Shown here: in pieces, positions 43,147 to 53,801 of the stretch
Numbering within the stretch: the first letter of the stretch is position 1
How the letters are laid out: the number at the start of each line of letters is the position of its first letter
Assembly: GCA_963781585.1 (NCBI GenBank)
Contig: CAWAGQ010000006.1
Location: 384,001-448,000, forward strand
DNA: 64,000 bases
Reading direction: 5' to 3'
From: an uncultured Gemmatimonadaceae bacterium
GTDB lineage: Bacteria > Gemmatimonadota > Gemmatimonadetes > Gemmatimonadales > Gemmatimonadaceae
The notes under the pieces: generated by a model
Told to the model about the DNA's origin: nothing
The model's input: only the letters and a program-made list of their open reading frames with translations
Databases searched by the model: none
Program-made: the position numbers and the translations under genes

Positions 43147-45795
43147 GTGCTGCGGGAGTTCGCCGCCCGCGCGCGGGCATTCCTGGCCCGGCGCCAGCGC
43201 GAAGCGGAGCTGCACCTGGAGCTGCAGGACCACCTGGAGCGGGAGATCGCGCGCAACCTCGACCGCGGTCTTCCGCCTGACGAGGCTCGCCGTGCCGCGC
43301 ACCTCGCCATCGGCAACCTGACGATCCATCACGAGGACGGTCGCGTCGCGACGACGGGCGTCTGGTTCGAGCAACTCTCGCAGGACGTCCGGTACGCCTC
43401 GCGCATGCTCCGCCGGAACCCGGCCTTCGCGCTCGTCGCCATCCTCTCGCTCGGCTTCGGCATCGGCGCCACGACGACGATGTTCAGCACGATCGACGCT
43501 CTCGACTTCCGCCCACTCCCGTTCCACGACCCGGATCGCCTCGTGTGGCTGGCCGAGGTGGCGCCGCCGACCGACGACATCTGCCCGGGATGCGGATCGC
43601 GAACGTCGCCGCCGACGGCGATCGACTGGCTCGCTCAGGCCCGATCGTACGCCGCTGTCGGAGTCATGTCGGAGTCGGCCGCTCCGTGGGTCCACGACGA
43701 CGCGATCGAGCTGCTCTCCGTGAACCAGGTCACGCCGGGGTTCTTCCGGCTCCTCGGGGTCGCGCTCGAGGTCGGTCGCGACTTCCTGCCTGGCGACACG
43801 CTGCCCGGCGCTCCCCCGGTCGTCGTCGCGACGCACGGCTTCTGGCGACAACGGCTCGCCGGCGAGGTGGCGGCCGTCGGGCGTCCCCTGCCGTCCTCCC
43901 TCGATGCGGGAACGGACGCGAGGCTCCGCGGCGCAATCGTCGTCGGCGTGCTGCCGGAAACCTTCCGCTTCGAATTGTCGCGTGATCGCCAGCTCTGGAC
44001 GCCGCTCCGGCTGCCGGCGACGTCGCCACGCACAGCGCGTTCGGTGACGGTGATCGCGCGCCTTCGGCCCGACGCGAGCATCCCCGCGGCCAACGCCGAG
44101 TTGCAGGTGCTGTTCGCGCGACTCGTCTCCACGTATCCATCACCGTACCAGTCGTGGGGCGCGCGCGTCGAGCCGCTGCGGGCGCGACTCGGCTGGGGCG
44201 CCGGCGGCAACCGCGGGCTGCTGCTCGGCATCACCGCGCTGGTGCTGCTCATTGCCGTCATGAATGTCGCGGGCCTGCTGGCGGGGCGCGCGTCGATGCG
44301 ACGACAGGAGTTCGCCATGCGGAGTGCATTCGGCGCGAATCGGCGACGGCTGCTCCGCCAGCTCCTCGTCGAGGGAACGAGCGTCGGGCTTGGCGGCGGA
44401 CTGGTTGGCGCGCTGATCGCGCTGTGGGGCATCCGCTTTTCGGCGCGGTGGTTCGGCATCGACAGCGGCGTCGCGATCATGGACCTTCGAGTCCTGGCGT
44501 TCGCGCTCGTGCTGTCGATCAGCGTCGGGATCGTCACGGCGTTCGGTCCCGCATTCCGCATCTCCCGGGTCGACCTGATCGGCGACCTCCGGGGCAAGGC
44601 TACGGCCTCGACTGACCGCCAAACCGGCATGGCATCGAGCGTGCTGATCATCACGCAGATCGCGGTCGGCCTCGTGCTCCTCACCGCTGCCGCCTCGCTG
44701 AGTGCCGACTTCCTGACGCTGCGATACACCGATCTCGGGTTCGACCCGTCGGGCCTCTATGAGACGTCCCTCTCCGGTCCGCGGCCGGCCGGTGGCGATG
44801 CCACTCCGTGGCGCGACGTGGCGGAGGCCGCGCGTGAGCGCGTCGCGTCCATCCCGGGGGTGCGCGCGGCGACGCTCCGCTACATTTCGGCGATGCACCC
44901 CGAAATCGTGCGCCCTGCCGCTGGCGGCGGCGTCGCGTCGGGGACGCCGGTGCTGACCGCGATCGACCCGGCGTATTTCGAGACCTGGGGGATGCGGCTC
45001 CGGCGCGGTCGCGCGTTCGGCCCCGGCGACGGCGCGGGCGCGGCGCGGGTTGCGATCGTCAACCGATCCGCCGCGGCCCGGTTCTGGCCGGGTCAGGACC
45101 CGCTGGGCCTCGTGGTCTTTGTCGGGGACAGCGGGGCACCAGGTGAATTGCTCACCGTGATCGGCGTGAGCGAGGACGCGGAGCGTCTCGAGATGGCGGA
45201 CCGTCACTGGTCGGTGGTCTACCGGCCGCTCGCGCAGGCGACGCTGTGGCACACCGCCGCGGTGCTCCAGGTCCGCATCGACGGTCGGGCCGATCGCGCG
45301 GCGCTGCTCGCGCTCGCGCAGTCACGCGTCCGGGAGGTCCTGCAGCGGCCCATCGATCCGTTCCGTTCGGTCGAGGCCCAGCTCGACGAGCGCCTGCGGC
45401 CGCGCCGGTTGAACGCCATCGCGCTCGACCTGTTCGCGGCATTCGGGCTCGCGCTCGCGGCGATGGGGATATACGGTGCGATCGCCGCTGCCGTGACACG
45501 GCGGACCCGCGAGATCGGTGTGCGCATTGCGTTAGGCGCAGCGCCCGGCGGAGTGTTGCGCCTTGTCGTCCGGCGCGGGCTCGCGCTGGCGGTGACCGGC
45601 GTGGCACTCGGATTGCTCGGCGCCGCCGCGATGTCGCACGTTCTGCGCTCCCTCGTCATCGGCACCGACGTCCTCGACCCGCGGGTGTTCGCGGCCGCGG
45701 CCGCGGTGATGATCCTGACGGCCGTGTCCGCCGCGTTGCTGCCGGCGCGTCGCGTGCTGCGCGTGGATCCCGTGGATGCGTTGCGCGCGGACTGA
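43147..45795 (+). CDS. Duplicated orphan ABC permease #2
   Basis: ELHLELQDHLE prefix, LGFGIGATTTMF, RRTREIGVRIALGA, VDPVDALRAD. In-frame GTG 6 nt after the padR stop. Confidence 0.92.
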   Translation: MLREFAARARAFLARRQREAELHLELQDHLEREIARNLDRGLPPDEARRAAHLAIGNLTIHHEDGRVATTGVWFEQLSQDVRYASRMLRRNPAFALVAILSLGFGIGATTTMFSTIDALDFRPLPFHDPDRLVWLAEVAPPTDDICPGCGSRTSPPTAIDWLAQARSYAAVGVMSESAAPWVHDDAIELLSVNQVTPGFFRLLGVALEVGRDFLPGDTLPGAPPVVVATHGFWRQRLAGEVAAVGRPLPSSLDAGTDARLRGAIVVGVLPETFRFELSRDRQLWTPLRLPATSPRTARSVTVIARLRPDASIPAANAELQVLFARLVSTYPSPYQSWGARVEPLRARLGWGAGGNRGLLLGITALVLLIAVMNVAGLLAGRASMRRQEFAMRSAFGANRRRLLRQLLVEGTSVGLGGGLVGALIALWGIRFSARWFGIDSGVAIMDLRVLAFALVLSISVGIVTAFGPAFRISRVDLIGDLRGKATASTDRQTGMASSVLIITQIAVGLVLLTAAASLSADFLTLRYTDLGFDPSGLYETSLSGPRPAGGDATPWRDVAEAARERVASIPGVRAATLRYISAMHPEIVRPAAGGGVASGTPVLTAIDPAYFETWGMRLRRGRAFGPGDGAGAARVAIVNRSAAARFWPGQDPLGLVVFVGDSGAPGELLTVIGVSEDAERLEMADRHWSVVYRPLAQATLWHTAAVLQVRIDGRADRAALLALAQSRVREVLQRPIDPFRSVEAQLDERLRPRRLNAIALDLFAAFGLALAAMGIYGAIAAAVTRRTREIGVRIALGAAPGGVLRLVVRRGLALAVTGVALGLLGAAAMSHVLRSLVIGTDVLDPRVFAAAAAVMILTAVSAALLPARRVLRVDPVDALRAD

Positions 45796-45913
45796 TTGTT
45801 CTTGCGGAGGACGTCAGTGTCCAACCGTTGCGTTGGCGACACGCGGCTTTGACGCGCGAGAAAACGGACGAAATCGTGAACGCTCTGAGTCGAGATTCTC
45901 GCGTGTTCACAAG

Positions 45914-46276
45914 TCAGCATCCTGCCGTGGGGCCCCTCGCTGTCCGGCGACCGAACCGCGCCGGTCTTGACGATGCGCTCGACTGGACCAGACTTAGTCC
46001 GATGAAAACCTGCAACATCCACGAAGCCACGAGGTCGGCCTGCGAGAGCGACAGGCAGGGCTGGTCGTTGAACGGCACCTTCGGGACCACCGGCGTTTTG
46101 GGCTTGCTGAGAGCGGCTAGGATCGAATCAGTTACCACGCTGTCCGAATCGACCGCGGCCTGCATGGCGGTGGCCTTCTGTGGGGACTTCGCGGTCGTGC
46201 TGCAACCCGTCGCGAGCCACAGGGCGGTGGCCGTGCTGGCGGTGAGCGCCGTGCGTGCGACTTGTAGGATCCACAT
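45914..46276 (-). pseudogene. Probably truncated lipoprotein (DUF3558-like start)
   Basis: GGAGG RBS, lipobox ATGC, QPCLSLSQAD, then unrelated-looking sequence after about 46035. Confidence 0.45.
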
Positions 46277-46967
46277 GGGGGCCTCCTGGCGCGTGTGGGT
46301 GCGGCCTAACGACGCTCGCCCCGTGGCCTTGCGGTGCCGCCGGGTGGTCCCCGCAGCGGCACACGGGGTCTCCTGAACATACGGTCAGCGTCGGCAGCCG
46401 AAAGGCGAGCAGACGCGCCAACCGCGGAGTGAAGCAGTACCAGACTGGTCCTGTCGGTCTGATTCTGCGCTAACCTCGCGTCCAGGGAGGCGGCGAGCCA
46501 GAAGGCTGGGACGAGACCTCGTCCCGAGCGCGGTCGAGGCGACCGTCAGGAGCCGGCGGCGATCCGGGCGCAGTTCGATGCGCCGATCGAGACCGACGTG
46601 CCGGCATTGGAGGTGAGGCTACGGAAGGACGGGATCGATTCGGTGGTGCGGTAGCCAGTCCCTACTCTGATGAAGGAACCAGCGCGCTGCCGGGTGGGGA
46701 CGCGCGTGGTCGTTGGCGTCGATGTGAGGCGACGCGTCGACGCAATTCGGGCAGCCGAGTTGCCAGCGGAGTCGTACGAATACGCAATCAGGCATTCCGG
46801 GCCAGCGTTCTGAAGTGCGCGGAACTGATGCGAGGTAGTCGAGGCGTCCCACTTCCGTGATACATGTACACGATGGCAGGCATCCTCCTGTGGAGCGACC
46901 GAATGCGTGTGCGTCCGCGATGTTCTACCGCGGCGTGCCCCGCAGTCGAACAGGAATTAGAGCGCTC

Positions 46968-47204
46968 ATGAAGGCCTCCGTCGTCGAGAAAAACGGCACT
47001 GGCAGCCTACGCGCCGCCCAAGCGCCTGATCCCACCCTCGCGCCTCGCGACGCCCTCGTGTGCGTGAAAGCTGCCAGCATCAACCCGCTGGACAGCATGG
47101 TACGCGATGACGAGTTCAGGTTGCTCCTCAGGTACAAGACGCCGTCTGTACTCGGACACGATCTCGTGGGCGTCGTGACGCGCGTTGGTGCCGGAGTGCC
47201 CGAC
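46968..47204 (+). pseudogene. 5' relic of an NADP-dependent (MDR/quinone) oxidoreductase
   Basis: MKASVV...VKAASINPLD...P.VLGHD.VGVVTRVG. The Rossmann half is absent. Confidence 0.78.
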
Positions 47205-47502
47205 TCCGTCGCATCGAGGCGCTCCGCAACAGCAGGCCAAGCGCGACCAGGATCGGTGCGAGCGTCGCCAACCCGACGAGACGCGAGAAGACCTTCACGC
47301 CGCGCGTACGGTCGAGGAGCGCCGACGACGGGACGTGCGGGTGGGCTCGGCCCGCTGCCGGCGATGGCTGAAGACGTGACGAAGCTGCCACTGCCGGTGT
47401 CCGGGCCGGCGGCGCGACGTTGTGCGTGGCGCCGATACGGGTGATGTTGCAAGGCGCCCGGAACGCCAGCATAGTCACAGAACCTGATCCTGAGTGGCCG
47501 GC

Positions 47503-48948
47503 ATGGACTCTGCAGTCGTCTTCGAACGGCTCACTCAGCATCGCGCGCTTGGCGGTTCGCCGCCCGAGGAGTTGTCATGGCTCGCCACGCGCGGCGCGCT
47601 GCGCGTGTACCACGCCGGCGACATCACGACACGCAAGCACGAGCCCGAGGAGTCGCTGCAGGTCGTGCTCTCCGGTCAGCTGGCGATCTACACCGACCGT
47701 GGCGCGGGAGCACGGAAGATCATCGCCTGGCGCGGCGGTGATGTGTGCGGGTTGATGCCGTACTCGAGAGGCGGCCGCCCACCGGGCGATACCGTCGCCG
47801 AGGAAACGACGGAAACGCTCGCGATTCCCCGTGACCTCCTGCCGGCGATGATCCGGGAGTGCCCCGGCGTCACCGCGACGCTGGTGCACGCCATGCTCGA
47901 TCGCGCGCGCCATCTAACGTCCAGCGAACTGCAGGACGAGAAACTGCTCTCGCTCGGCAAGCTGGCGGCCGGGCTCGCGCACGAGCTGAACAACCCCGCG
48001 TCGGCGGCCGCACGCAGCGCCAAGCTGCTGGCGCGGGGATTGACGCAGGCGACCGCAGCGGCGAGAGCCGTGGCGGGCGCACAACTCTCGGATGCCCAGC
48101 TCGCGGCAATCGACCTGGGGCATACGATCCCCGGGATGTCGGGATCGCACGCGCCGCAATCGCCGTTGGACCGCGCGGACCGCGAGGAGGCGATCGGCGG
48201 ATGGCTCGACTCCCACGGGTGCGACAACGACATCGCGGCGGTGCTGGCTGAAGCGGGCGTCGACCCGACGGCGCTCGACGCGGTGGCGGCCGTGCTGCAT
48301 GGTGGCGTCCTGCGTGCGGCGGTGCAGTGGATCGCCGCGGAGCACCTCGTCCGCACGCTGGCGCTCGACATCGAGACGTCGACGACGCGCGTGTACGATC
48401 TGGTCGCGGCGGTGAAGGGCTTCACGTACATGGACCACGCGCCGATGCCCGAAGCGGTCGACATCCGTCGCGGGATCGCCGACACACTGACCGTGCTCGG
48501 CGCCAGGGCGCGCGAGAAGTCCGTTTCCATCGAAGTCGACATCGCGACCGACCTCCCGCCCGTGCGCGGCATCGGTGCCGAACTCAATCAGGTGTGGGCG
48601 AACCTGCTCGACAACGCCCTCGATGCCGTGGCGGTGTCGGGGCGCGTGGTGGTGACGGCGAGTCGCACGCCGCAGCGCGTCGTCGTGCAGATCGTCGACG
48701 ACGGACCCGGTGTCCCTCCCGGGATTCAGGGTCGCATCTTTGATCCGTTCTTCACGACGAAGGAGGTGGGCCGCGGTGTCGGACTCGGCCTCGACATCGT
48801 TCGGCGACTGCTCCAGCGAAATGACGGCGAGATCGCGCTCGACTCGAGGCCGGGACGCACGGCGTTTCGCGTGAGCTTGCCGCTCGACACGACGTCGGGC
48901 CACGGTGTGGCGGCGATGGGATCGACACCCGCCGGAGGTGCCGGATGA
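47503..48948 (+). CDS. Cytoplasmic histidine kinase with an N-terminal cNMP-binding-like domain
   Basis: LGKLAAGLAHELNNPA, ELNQVWANLLDNA, DPFFTTKEVGRGVGLGL. Confidence 0.92.
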   Translation: MDSAVVFERLTQHRALGGSPPEELSWLATRGALRVYHAGDITTRKHEPEESLQVVLSGQLAIYTDRGAGARKIIAWRGGDVCGLMPYSRGGRPPGDTVAEETTETLAIPRDLLPAMIRECPGVTATLVHAMLDRARHLTSSELQDEKLLSLGKLAAGLAHELNNPASAAARSAKLLARGLTQATAAARAVAGAQLSDAQLAAIDLGHTIPGMSGSHAPQSPLDRADREEAIGGWLDSHGCDNDIAAVLAEAGVDPTALDAVAAVLHGGVLRAAVQWIAAEHLVRTLALDIETSTTRVYDLVAAVKGFTYMDHAPMPEAVDIRRGIADTLTVLGARAREKSVSIEVDIATDLPPVRGIGAELNQVWANLLDNALDAVAVSGRVVVTASRTPQRVVVQIVDDGPGVPPGIQGRIFDPFFTTKEVGRGVGLGLDIVRRLLQRNDGEIALDSRPGRTAFRVSLPLDTTSGHGVAAMGSTPAGGAG

Positions 48949-49853
48949 TCTTTCGGATCGTCGAGTTTCCATCCGAGGGCACGACGTTGCGCGGACGACT
49001 GTATTCGCGGCCCGCACCCGTACGCGCCCAGCCAGTCGTGGTGATGGCGCATGGAACATCGGCCACGATCACCATGGTCGCCGACCGCTACGCCGAGGTC
49101 CTGCACGACGCCGGCTTCACGGTGCTGCTGTACGACCATCGCAACTTTGGCATCAGTGACGGCGAGCCGCGACAGGAGATCAATCCGTGGATTCAGGCGC
49201 GGGGCTATCGCGATGCGATCAGCTTTGCGGAGACGCTGGCCGGGGTCGATGCGTCGCGGATCGCACTCTGGGGCGACAGCGTGACCGCCGCGACGGTCAC
49301 GGTCATTGCGGCCGTGGACACGCGGGTCAGAGCGATCGTTGCACAGATTCCGTCGTTCGGGCGCGAGCCCGCACCCGAAGACCCCGACGGCTCCCTGTTC
49401 GCCGCGATGCGGGACACACTCCTCCACGGAGACGTCACCGGGTCGCCCGGGACGACGGTCGGTCCGCTCCCCGTGGTGTCATCCGATCAGCTGGGAACGC
49501 CGTCGTTGTTGACGCCGATTTCCGCGTTCCGCTGGTTCGTCGAGTATGGCGGGCGCCACGGCACGAACTGGCTCAACCGGGTCACGCGCGTCAGTCCCGC
49601 GACTCCGGTGGCGTTTCACGCCGGATTGTGCGCGCCGTACGTTCACACGCCAGCCCTCTTCATGATCGCCCCCGAGGACGAGATGCCGGGCGCCAATCCG
49701 GCTGTCTCGCGCCTGGCGTTTGACGCCGCGCGCGGACCGAAGGAGCTGTTCGAGATCGCGGGCGGCCACTTCGGGCTGCTGCACCATCCCGGCGCGCTGT
49801 TCGAACAGGCGTCGAGCGTTCAGCGCGACTTTCTCGTCCGCGTTCTCCGGTGA
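48945..49853 (+). CDS. Alpha/beta hydrolase
   Basis: VVMAHG, YDHRNFGISDGEPR, IALWGDS, GGHF. ATGA overlap with the kinase gene. Confidence 0.88.
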   Translation: MIFRIVEFPSEGTTLRGRLYSRPAPVRAQPVVVMAHGTSATITMVADRYAEVLHDAGFTVLLYDHRNFGISDGEPRQEINPWIQARGYRDAISFAETLAGVDASRIALWGDSVTAATVTVIAAVDTRVRAIVAQIPSFGREPAPEDPDGSLFAAMRDTLLHGDVTGSPGTTVGPLPVVSSDQLGTPSLLTPISAFRWFVEYGGRHGTNWLNRVTRVSPATPVAFHAGLCAPYVHTPALFMIAPEDEMPGANPAVSRLAFDAARGPKELFEIAGGHFGLLHHPGALFEQASSVQRDFLVRVLR

Positions 49854-49907
49854 ACTGCCGCGATCGGCGCGCGATCGGGACGACCGCACCTCAGCAGGGC
49901 GCGGCCC

Positions 49908-50036
49908 GCCGCCGGCACGTTTCGACCCGGTAACCGACTGTACTTCCTCAGCAACGCGTTGCGCCACTTCCCGGTCGGCCTGGAAGAAGTCGACGGCGGT
50001 CTCTTGTCCATCTTCGTCTGTCACGTGCTGCTTGCC
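49908..50036 (+). mobile_element. IS481-like transposase C-terminal relic
   Basis: AAGTFRPGNRLYFLSNALRHFPVGLEEVDGGLLSIFVCHVLLA resembles the IS481-family C-terminus. No catalytic core or ends seen. Confidence 0.65.
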
Positions 50037-50081
50037 CCCCCGGAGCGCGGCCGCGGCCACCTGGCAACCGTCCAGCCCCTC

Positions 50082-50102
50082 CGGGTGTCTGACAGACATC
50101 CG
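50082..50102. promoter_or_regulatory. Putative PadR #3 operator
   Basis: CGGGTGTCTG-A-CAGACATCCG, 9 of 10 inverted match, about 40 nt upstream of ATG 50144. Confidence 0.5.
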
Positions 50103-50143
50103 AAGATCTCAATAAGTGAGTGGTCGACACGTCCGGAGGCCGT

Positions 50144-50476
50144 ATGGGCACGGGATCCACCGACATCATTCGGGGCACCGCCGACATGCTGATCCTCCGG
50201 CTGCTCGCCATCCAGCCGATGCACGGCTATGGCATCGCGAAGTACGTCGAGCAACGGTCGAAGGAGGCGATCCGCATCCAGCCTGGCGCGCTGTACGCGT
50301 CGTTGAACCGACTCACCCGGCAAGGATGGATCCGGTCGTCGTGGAAGACCACGGACAACGGTCAGCGCGCCCGCTACTACACGCTGACGGCCGCCGGGTC
50401 GCGGCGCCTGGCCGAGGAGACCGCCAGCTGGCACCGGCTCGCGCGTGGCGTCGCCCTGATCCTCTCCGCCGATTAG
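50144..50476 (+). CDS. PadR-family transcriptional regulator #3
   Basis: GGAGG RBS. IIRGTADMLIL, MHGYGI, GALYASLNRL, RARYYTLT. Confidence 0.94.
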   Translation: MGTGSTDIIRGTADMLILRLLAIQPMHGYGIAKYVEQRSKEAIRIQPGALYASLNRLTRQGWIRSSWKTTDNGQRARYYTLTAAGSRRLAEETASWHRLARGVALILSAD

Positions 50477-50486
50477 AGGAGGATTC

Positions 50487-53123
50487 ATGTGGCGATTCCT
50501 GGGCGACCTCGCCTTCCGGGCCCGCGCGATCTTCCGTCGCGCCGAAGCCGACCGGGAGCTGCGGGACGAGTTCGCACATCACCGCGCCATGCTGGTCGCC
50601 GAGCTGCGTGCGGCGGGCGCGGCGGCCGCGGACGCCGAGCGCGAGGCGGCACGGCGCATGGGAGGTGAGGCCGGCCAGCGCGAAACGGCGAGGGACGGGT
50701 GGGGCGTGTCGCCCGTGACCGAGTTCGTCGCCGACGTGCATTACGCACTCCGGCAGATGCGCCGGCAGCCGAGGTTCACCGCGATCGTGGTCCTGACCGT
50801 CGGACTCGGCATCGGCGCCACCGTCGCTCTCTCGAGCGTCGCCGACGCGGTCATCCTGCGCGCACTCCCGTACGCGAACGAGGATCGCATCCACGTCTTC
50901 TGGTCGGACTACAACTGGCGGGGCGACGAGTACGAGTTCCTGCGCGACCGGAAGGGCGTTTTCTCGGACCTCGCGGCCTTCTCGACCAACGACGATCCGT
51001 ACGTGGTGGACCCGCGGGCCTCGACTGGTGCCCGTCTTCTCCCGTTCGTCGTCACCACGCCGACGCTCTTCGACGTCCTCGGCGTGCGGCCGGAACTCGG
51101 GCCGGCAATGACTCCGGACGACGACCGCCCGCACGCGCCCCCGGTGATCGTCATCAGCCACGCGATGTGGCAGGACGATCTGGGTGGCGACCCGAACGTT
51201 ATCGGCCGGCCGATCTTCATCAGCGGGACGCCGGTCACGATCGTCGGCGTCATGCCGAAGGGGTTCTATTTTCCGACGCCAGAGTACCGGGCGTGGCGGC
51301 CCCTTCAGATCGACCCGGCGGGCCCGATGTACAGCGTGGGGTATCTGGTGCTGGTCGGCCGCACGCCCGCCGGGACGCCGCAGGTCCGGGTGGACGCCGA
51401 CGTCCGGCGCATGGCGCACGATCTCGGCCGGCGCTTCACGTACACGAAGTCATGGGACAAGACGCAGGACGCGCGCGTCACGACCGTGCATACGTACCTC
51501 CTCGGCGACGTCCGCAATCCCATCCTCCTCCTCCTGGCGGCCGTCGCGTTGCTCCTCGCGATCGCGTCGGCGAATGCCGCCGCGCTCGTCCTGGCGCGAA
51601 CCAGCGACCGGAGCCAGGAGATGGCGGTGCGAACGGCGATGGGCGCGGGCAGCTGGCGCCTCGTCAGGCAGGTCGGCGCCGAATCGCTCGTGCTCTCGCT
51701 CGCGGCGGCATGCATCGGCGCCGGCGTGGCCGAGGCCGGGTTCCGCTTGCTCGTGGCGCGGCTGCCGCTCGGGAACGGCGCAGGCGCGACGGTCACGCCG
51801 GGCCTCGCGGTGCCGGCAATCGCGTTCGCGCTGGCACTCGTGATCGCGTGCGCGATCTCGATCGCCCCGGCGCGTGGGCTGCTCAAGCGACGATTCGACC
51901 TCGCGCTTTCCCGCGAGCGGAGCGAAACCGGGCTGCGCCGCGGTGTGCGGCACGTCCATACCGCGATCATCGCGGGCCAGGTCACGCTCGCCATCATGCT
52001 TGCCGTGGGCGCCACGTTGCTCATCCGCTCGGTCGATCGCATCCGCGCGCTCGATCCAGGGTTCAACGCGCACGGCGTCGCCACGTTCACGCTCGTGACG
52101 CGCAGCGACGTCCCGAGCGAGGCAACGACGCAGTTCCTGCGCGAGGTCATCTCCCGCACCGCCGCCCTGCCCGGCGTCACCGCGGTGGGCATGACCAACC
52201 GGCTCCCGGTGCGCGACGGAGGATACCAGAGCGTCGTGACGGTCGAGGGGCGTCCCGATCTCGAGGGGGCGAACCGGCCGAACGCACTCTATCGAATCGT
52301 CTCGACAGGGTTTTTCCGCGCGATGGGAATGCGGATCGTCGAAGGCCGCGGGGTCGACTCGACCGACCTCGCGAACACGGTACCGGTCACGGTCGTGAGC
52401 GAGTCGTTTGCGCGTGCCATGTGGCCCGGGCAGAGCGCCATCGGGAGGCATGTTACGACGGGCTGGACCGGCACCATGGTGTCACGCGAGGTCGTGGGCG
52501 TGGCCCGCGAAACACGGATGACGAGCATGACCGGGGAGATCCCATTCGTGATGTTCGTACCGTTCGCGCAGTCCAACGGGCGACCCGGGAGTGTGCTGGT
52601 GGTGCGCGCGACGGGACCGGTTACCACGGTCATTCCCGCGGTGCGAATGGTCGTCGCCGAGCTCGATCCACTCGTCGCGGTCACGAACGTCGGGTCCATG
52701 GAGGACGTCGTGTCGACCGCCCTCGCCCAGCCGCTCCGGCTGCGGTTCTTCCTGGGCGTGTTCGCCGCGCTCGCGATTCTCCTCTCGGCCGTCGGCGTGT
52801 ACGGAACCGTGCGCTACGCGGTGGCGCGACGCCGCGCCGAGTTCGGGATCCAGATGGCGCTCGGCGCGTCGCCAGCGCGCGTGCTCTCGGGCGTGGTGCG
52901 GCAGGCGCTCACGCCGGTCGTGCTCGGCGCGCTCGCCGGCCTTGGCGGCACACTGCTCCTGTCGCGCGCGCTGCGCGCGTTCGTGTACGGCGTGGCGCCG
53001 ACCGATGCGACGAGCCTCGTCGTTGCGACGGGATCGCTGCTGGGGACCGCGATCGTGGCGGCACTGGTGCCGGCGCTCCAGGCGAGTCGTACAAGTCCCG
53101 CCGAGTCGCTGCGCGCGCAGTAG
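50487..53123 (+). CDS. Duplicated orphan ABC permease #3
   Basis: ADRELRDEFAHH prefix, GLGIGAT, RRRAEFGIQMALGA, PAESLRAQ. Confidence 0.92.
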   Translation: MWRFLGDLAFRARAIFRRAEADRELRDEFAHHRAMLVAELRAAGAAAADAEREAARRMGGEAGQRETARDGWGVSPVTEFVADVHYALRQMRRQPRFTAIVVLTVGLGIGATVALSSVADAVILRALPYANEDRIHVFWSDYNWRGDEYEFLRDRKGVFSDLAAFSTNDDPYVVDPRASTGARLLPFVVTTPTLFDVLGVRPELGPAMTPDDDRPHAPPVIVISHAMWQDDLGGDPNVIGRPIFISGTPVTIVGVMPKGFYFPTPEYRAWRPLQIDPAGPMYSVGYLVLVGRTPAGTPQVRVDADVRRMAHDLGRRFTYTKSWDKTQDARVTTVHTYLLGDVRNPILLLLAAVALLLAIASANAAALVLARTSDRSQEMAVRTAMGAGSWRLVRQVGAESLVLSLAAACIGAGVAEAGFRLLVARLPLGNGAGATVTPGLAVPAIAFALALVIACAISIAPARGLLKRRFDLALSRERSETGLRRGVRHVHTAIIAGQVTLAIMLAVGATLLIRSVDRIRALDPGFNAHGVATFTLVTRSDVPSEATTQFLREVISRTAALPGVTAVGMTNRLPVRDGGYQSVVTVEGRPDLEGANRPNALYRIVSTGFFRAMGMRIVEGRGVDSTDLANTVPVTVVSESFARAMWPGQSAIGRHVTTGWTGTMVSREVVGVARETRMTSMTGEIPFVMFVPFAQSNGRPGSVLVVRATGPVTTVIPAVRMVVAELDPLVAVTNVGSMEDVVSTALAQPLRLRFFLGVFAALAILLSAVGVYGTVRYAVARRRAEFGIQMALGASPARVLSGVVRQALTPVVLGALAGLGGTLLLSRALRAFVYGVAPTDATSLVVATGSLLGTAIVAALVPALQASRTSPAESLRAQ

Positions 53124-53210
53124 GGCGCGCCCGCGCAAGAGGGCGCTCGGCCGCCGCTTCGGCCGGCCGACTGCGTTGTGGCCCGCCGACCGGCGGCCGC
53201 ATCGAGAATG

Positions 53211-53801
53211 TTACTGGATGGCTTGCCGGATGGTGAGCGGGACGAGTTGAATCTGTCGCGTAAGCGCGTACGCGGTCGGAAGGTCGCTGTCGCTGTATAC
53301 GAGGATGCGGCCGATGACGAACACCGAATTGCGCGTCGATGCAATCTGCTTCATCCCACTCGGCACCTGTCCTTTCCAACCCGGTCCCGTGATGAGATAT
53401 TCGCCCGCTTGCGTACCTGTGGTGCGTTTGCCGACGTAAGCGAAAACAGTGTTGTTCGGAGCGGTGAACTGCACGCTGTAATAGCGACCCGCCATCTCGG
53501 GCACATGCAGGACTTGCGGTCCATAGCTCAGGTCCAACACGCCGGCCGTAAGAAGCGTGTCGTGGTTCACGCCAGTGGTTGCCAATTTCGTGGCAGAGGC
53601 TGGCGGGTGGAGAGGATCCGCAAAAATCGCTTCCGGTTCGGTAGCGAGCGTATTGATCGGGATTGGACCTTCGAACCCTTTGGTGAGAACAGCCTTCTTG
53701 TATATGTTGAGCACAAGGCGCGGCAAGAAATAAATGATGAAGAACCATGCCGTGATCGCGACAGAACAGAATATGAGCAGATTTTCGTATCGCAATTTCA
53801 T
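53211..53801 (-). CDS. DUF1254-domain membrane-anchored protein
   Basis: N-terminal TM helix, NHDTL...LDLS.GP.VLHVP...RYYSVQF, YLITGPGWKG. ATGA overlap with the upstream gene. Confidence 0.85.
   Translation of the reverse strand: MKLRYENLLIFCSVAITAWFFIIYFLPRLVLNIYKKAVLTKGFEGPIPINTLATEPEAIFADPLHPPASATKLATTGVNHDTLLTAGVLDLSYGPQVLHVPEMAGRYYSVQFTAPNNTVFAYVGKRTTGTQAGEYLITGPGWKGQVPSGMKQIASTRNSVFVIGRILVYSDSDLPTAYALTRQIQLVPLTIRQAIQ

Noticed and set aside
46619..46852. 77-aa minus-strand ORF with CPNC
   Set aside because: No RBS or recognisable family; cannot be supported as a gene.
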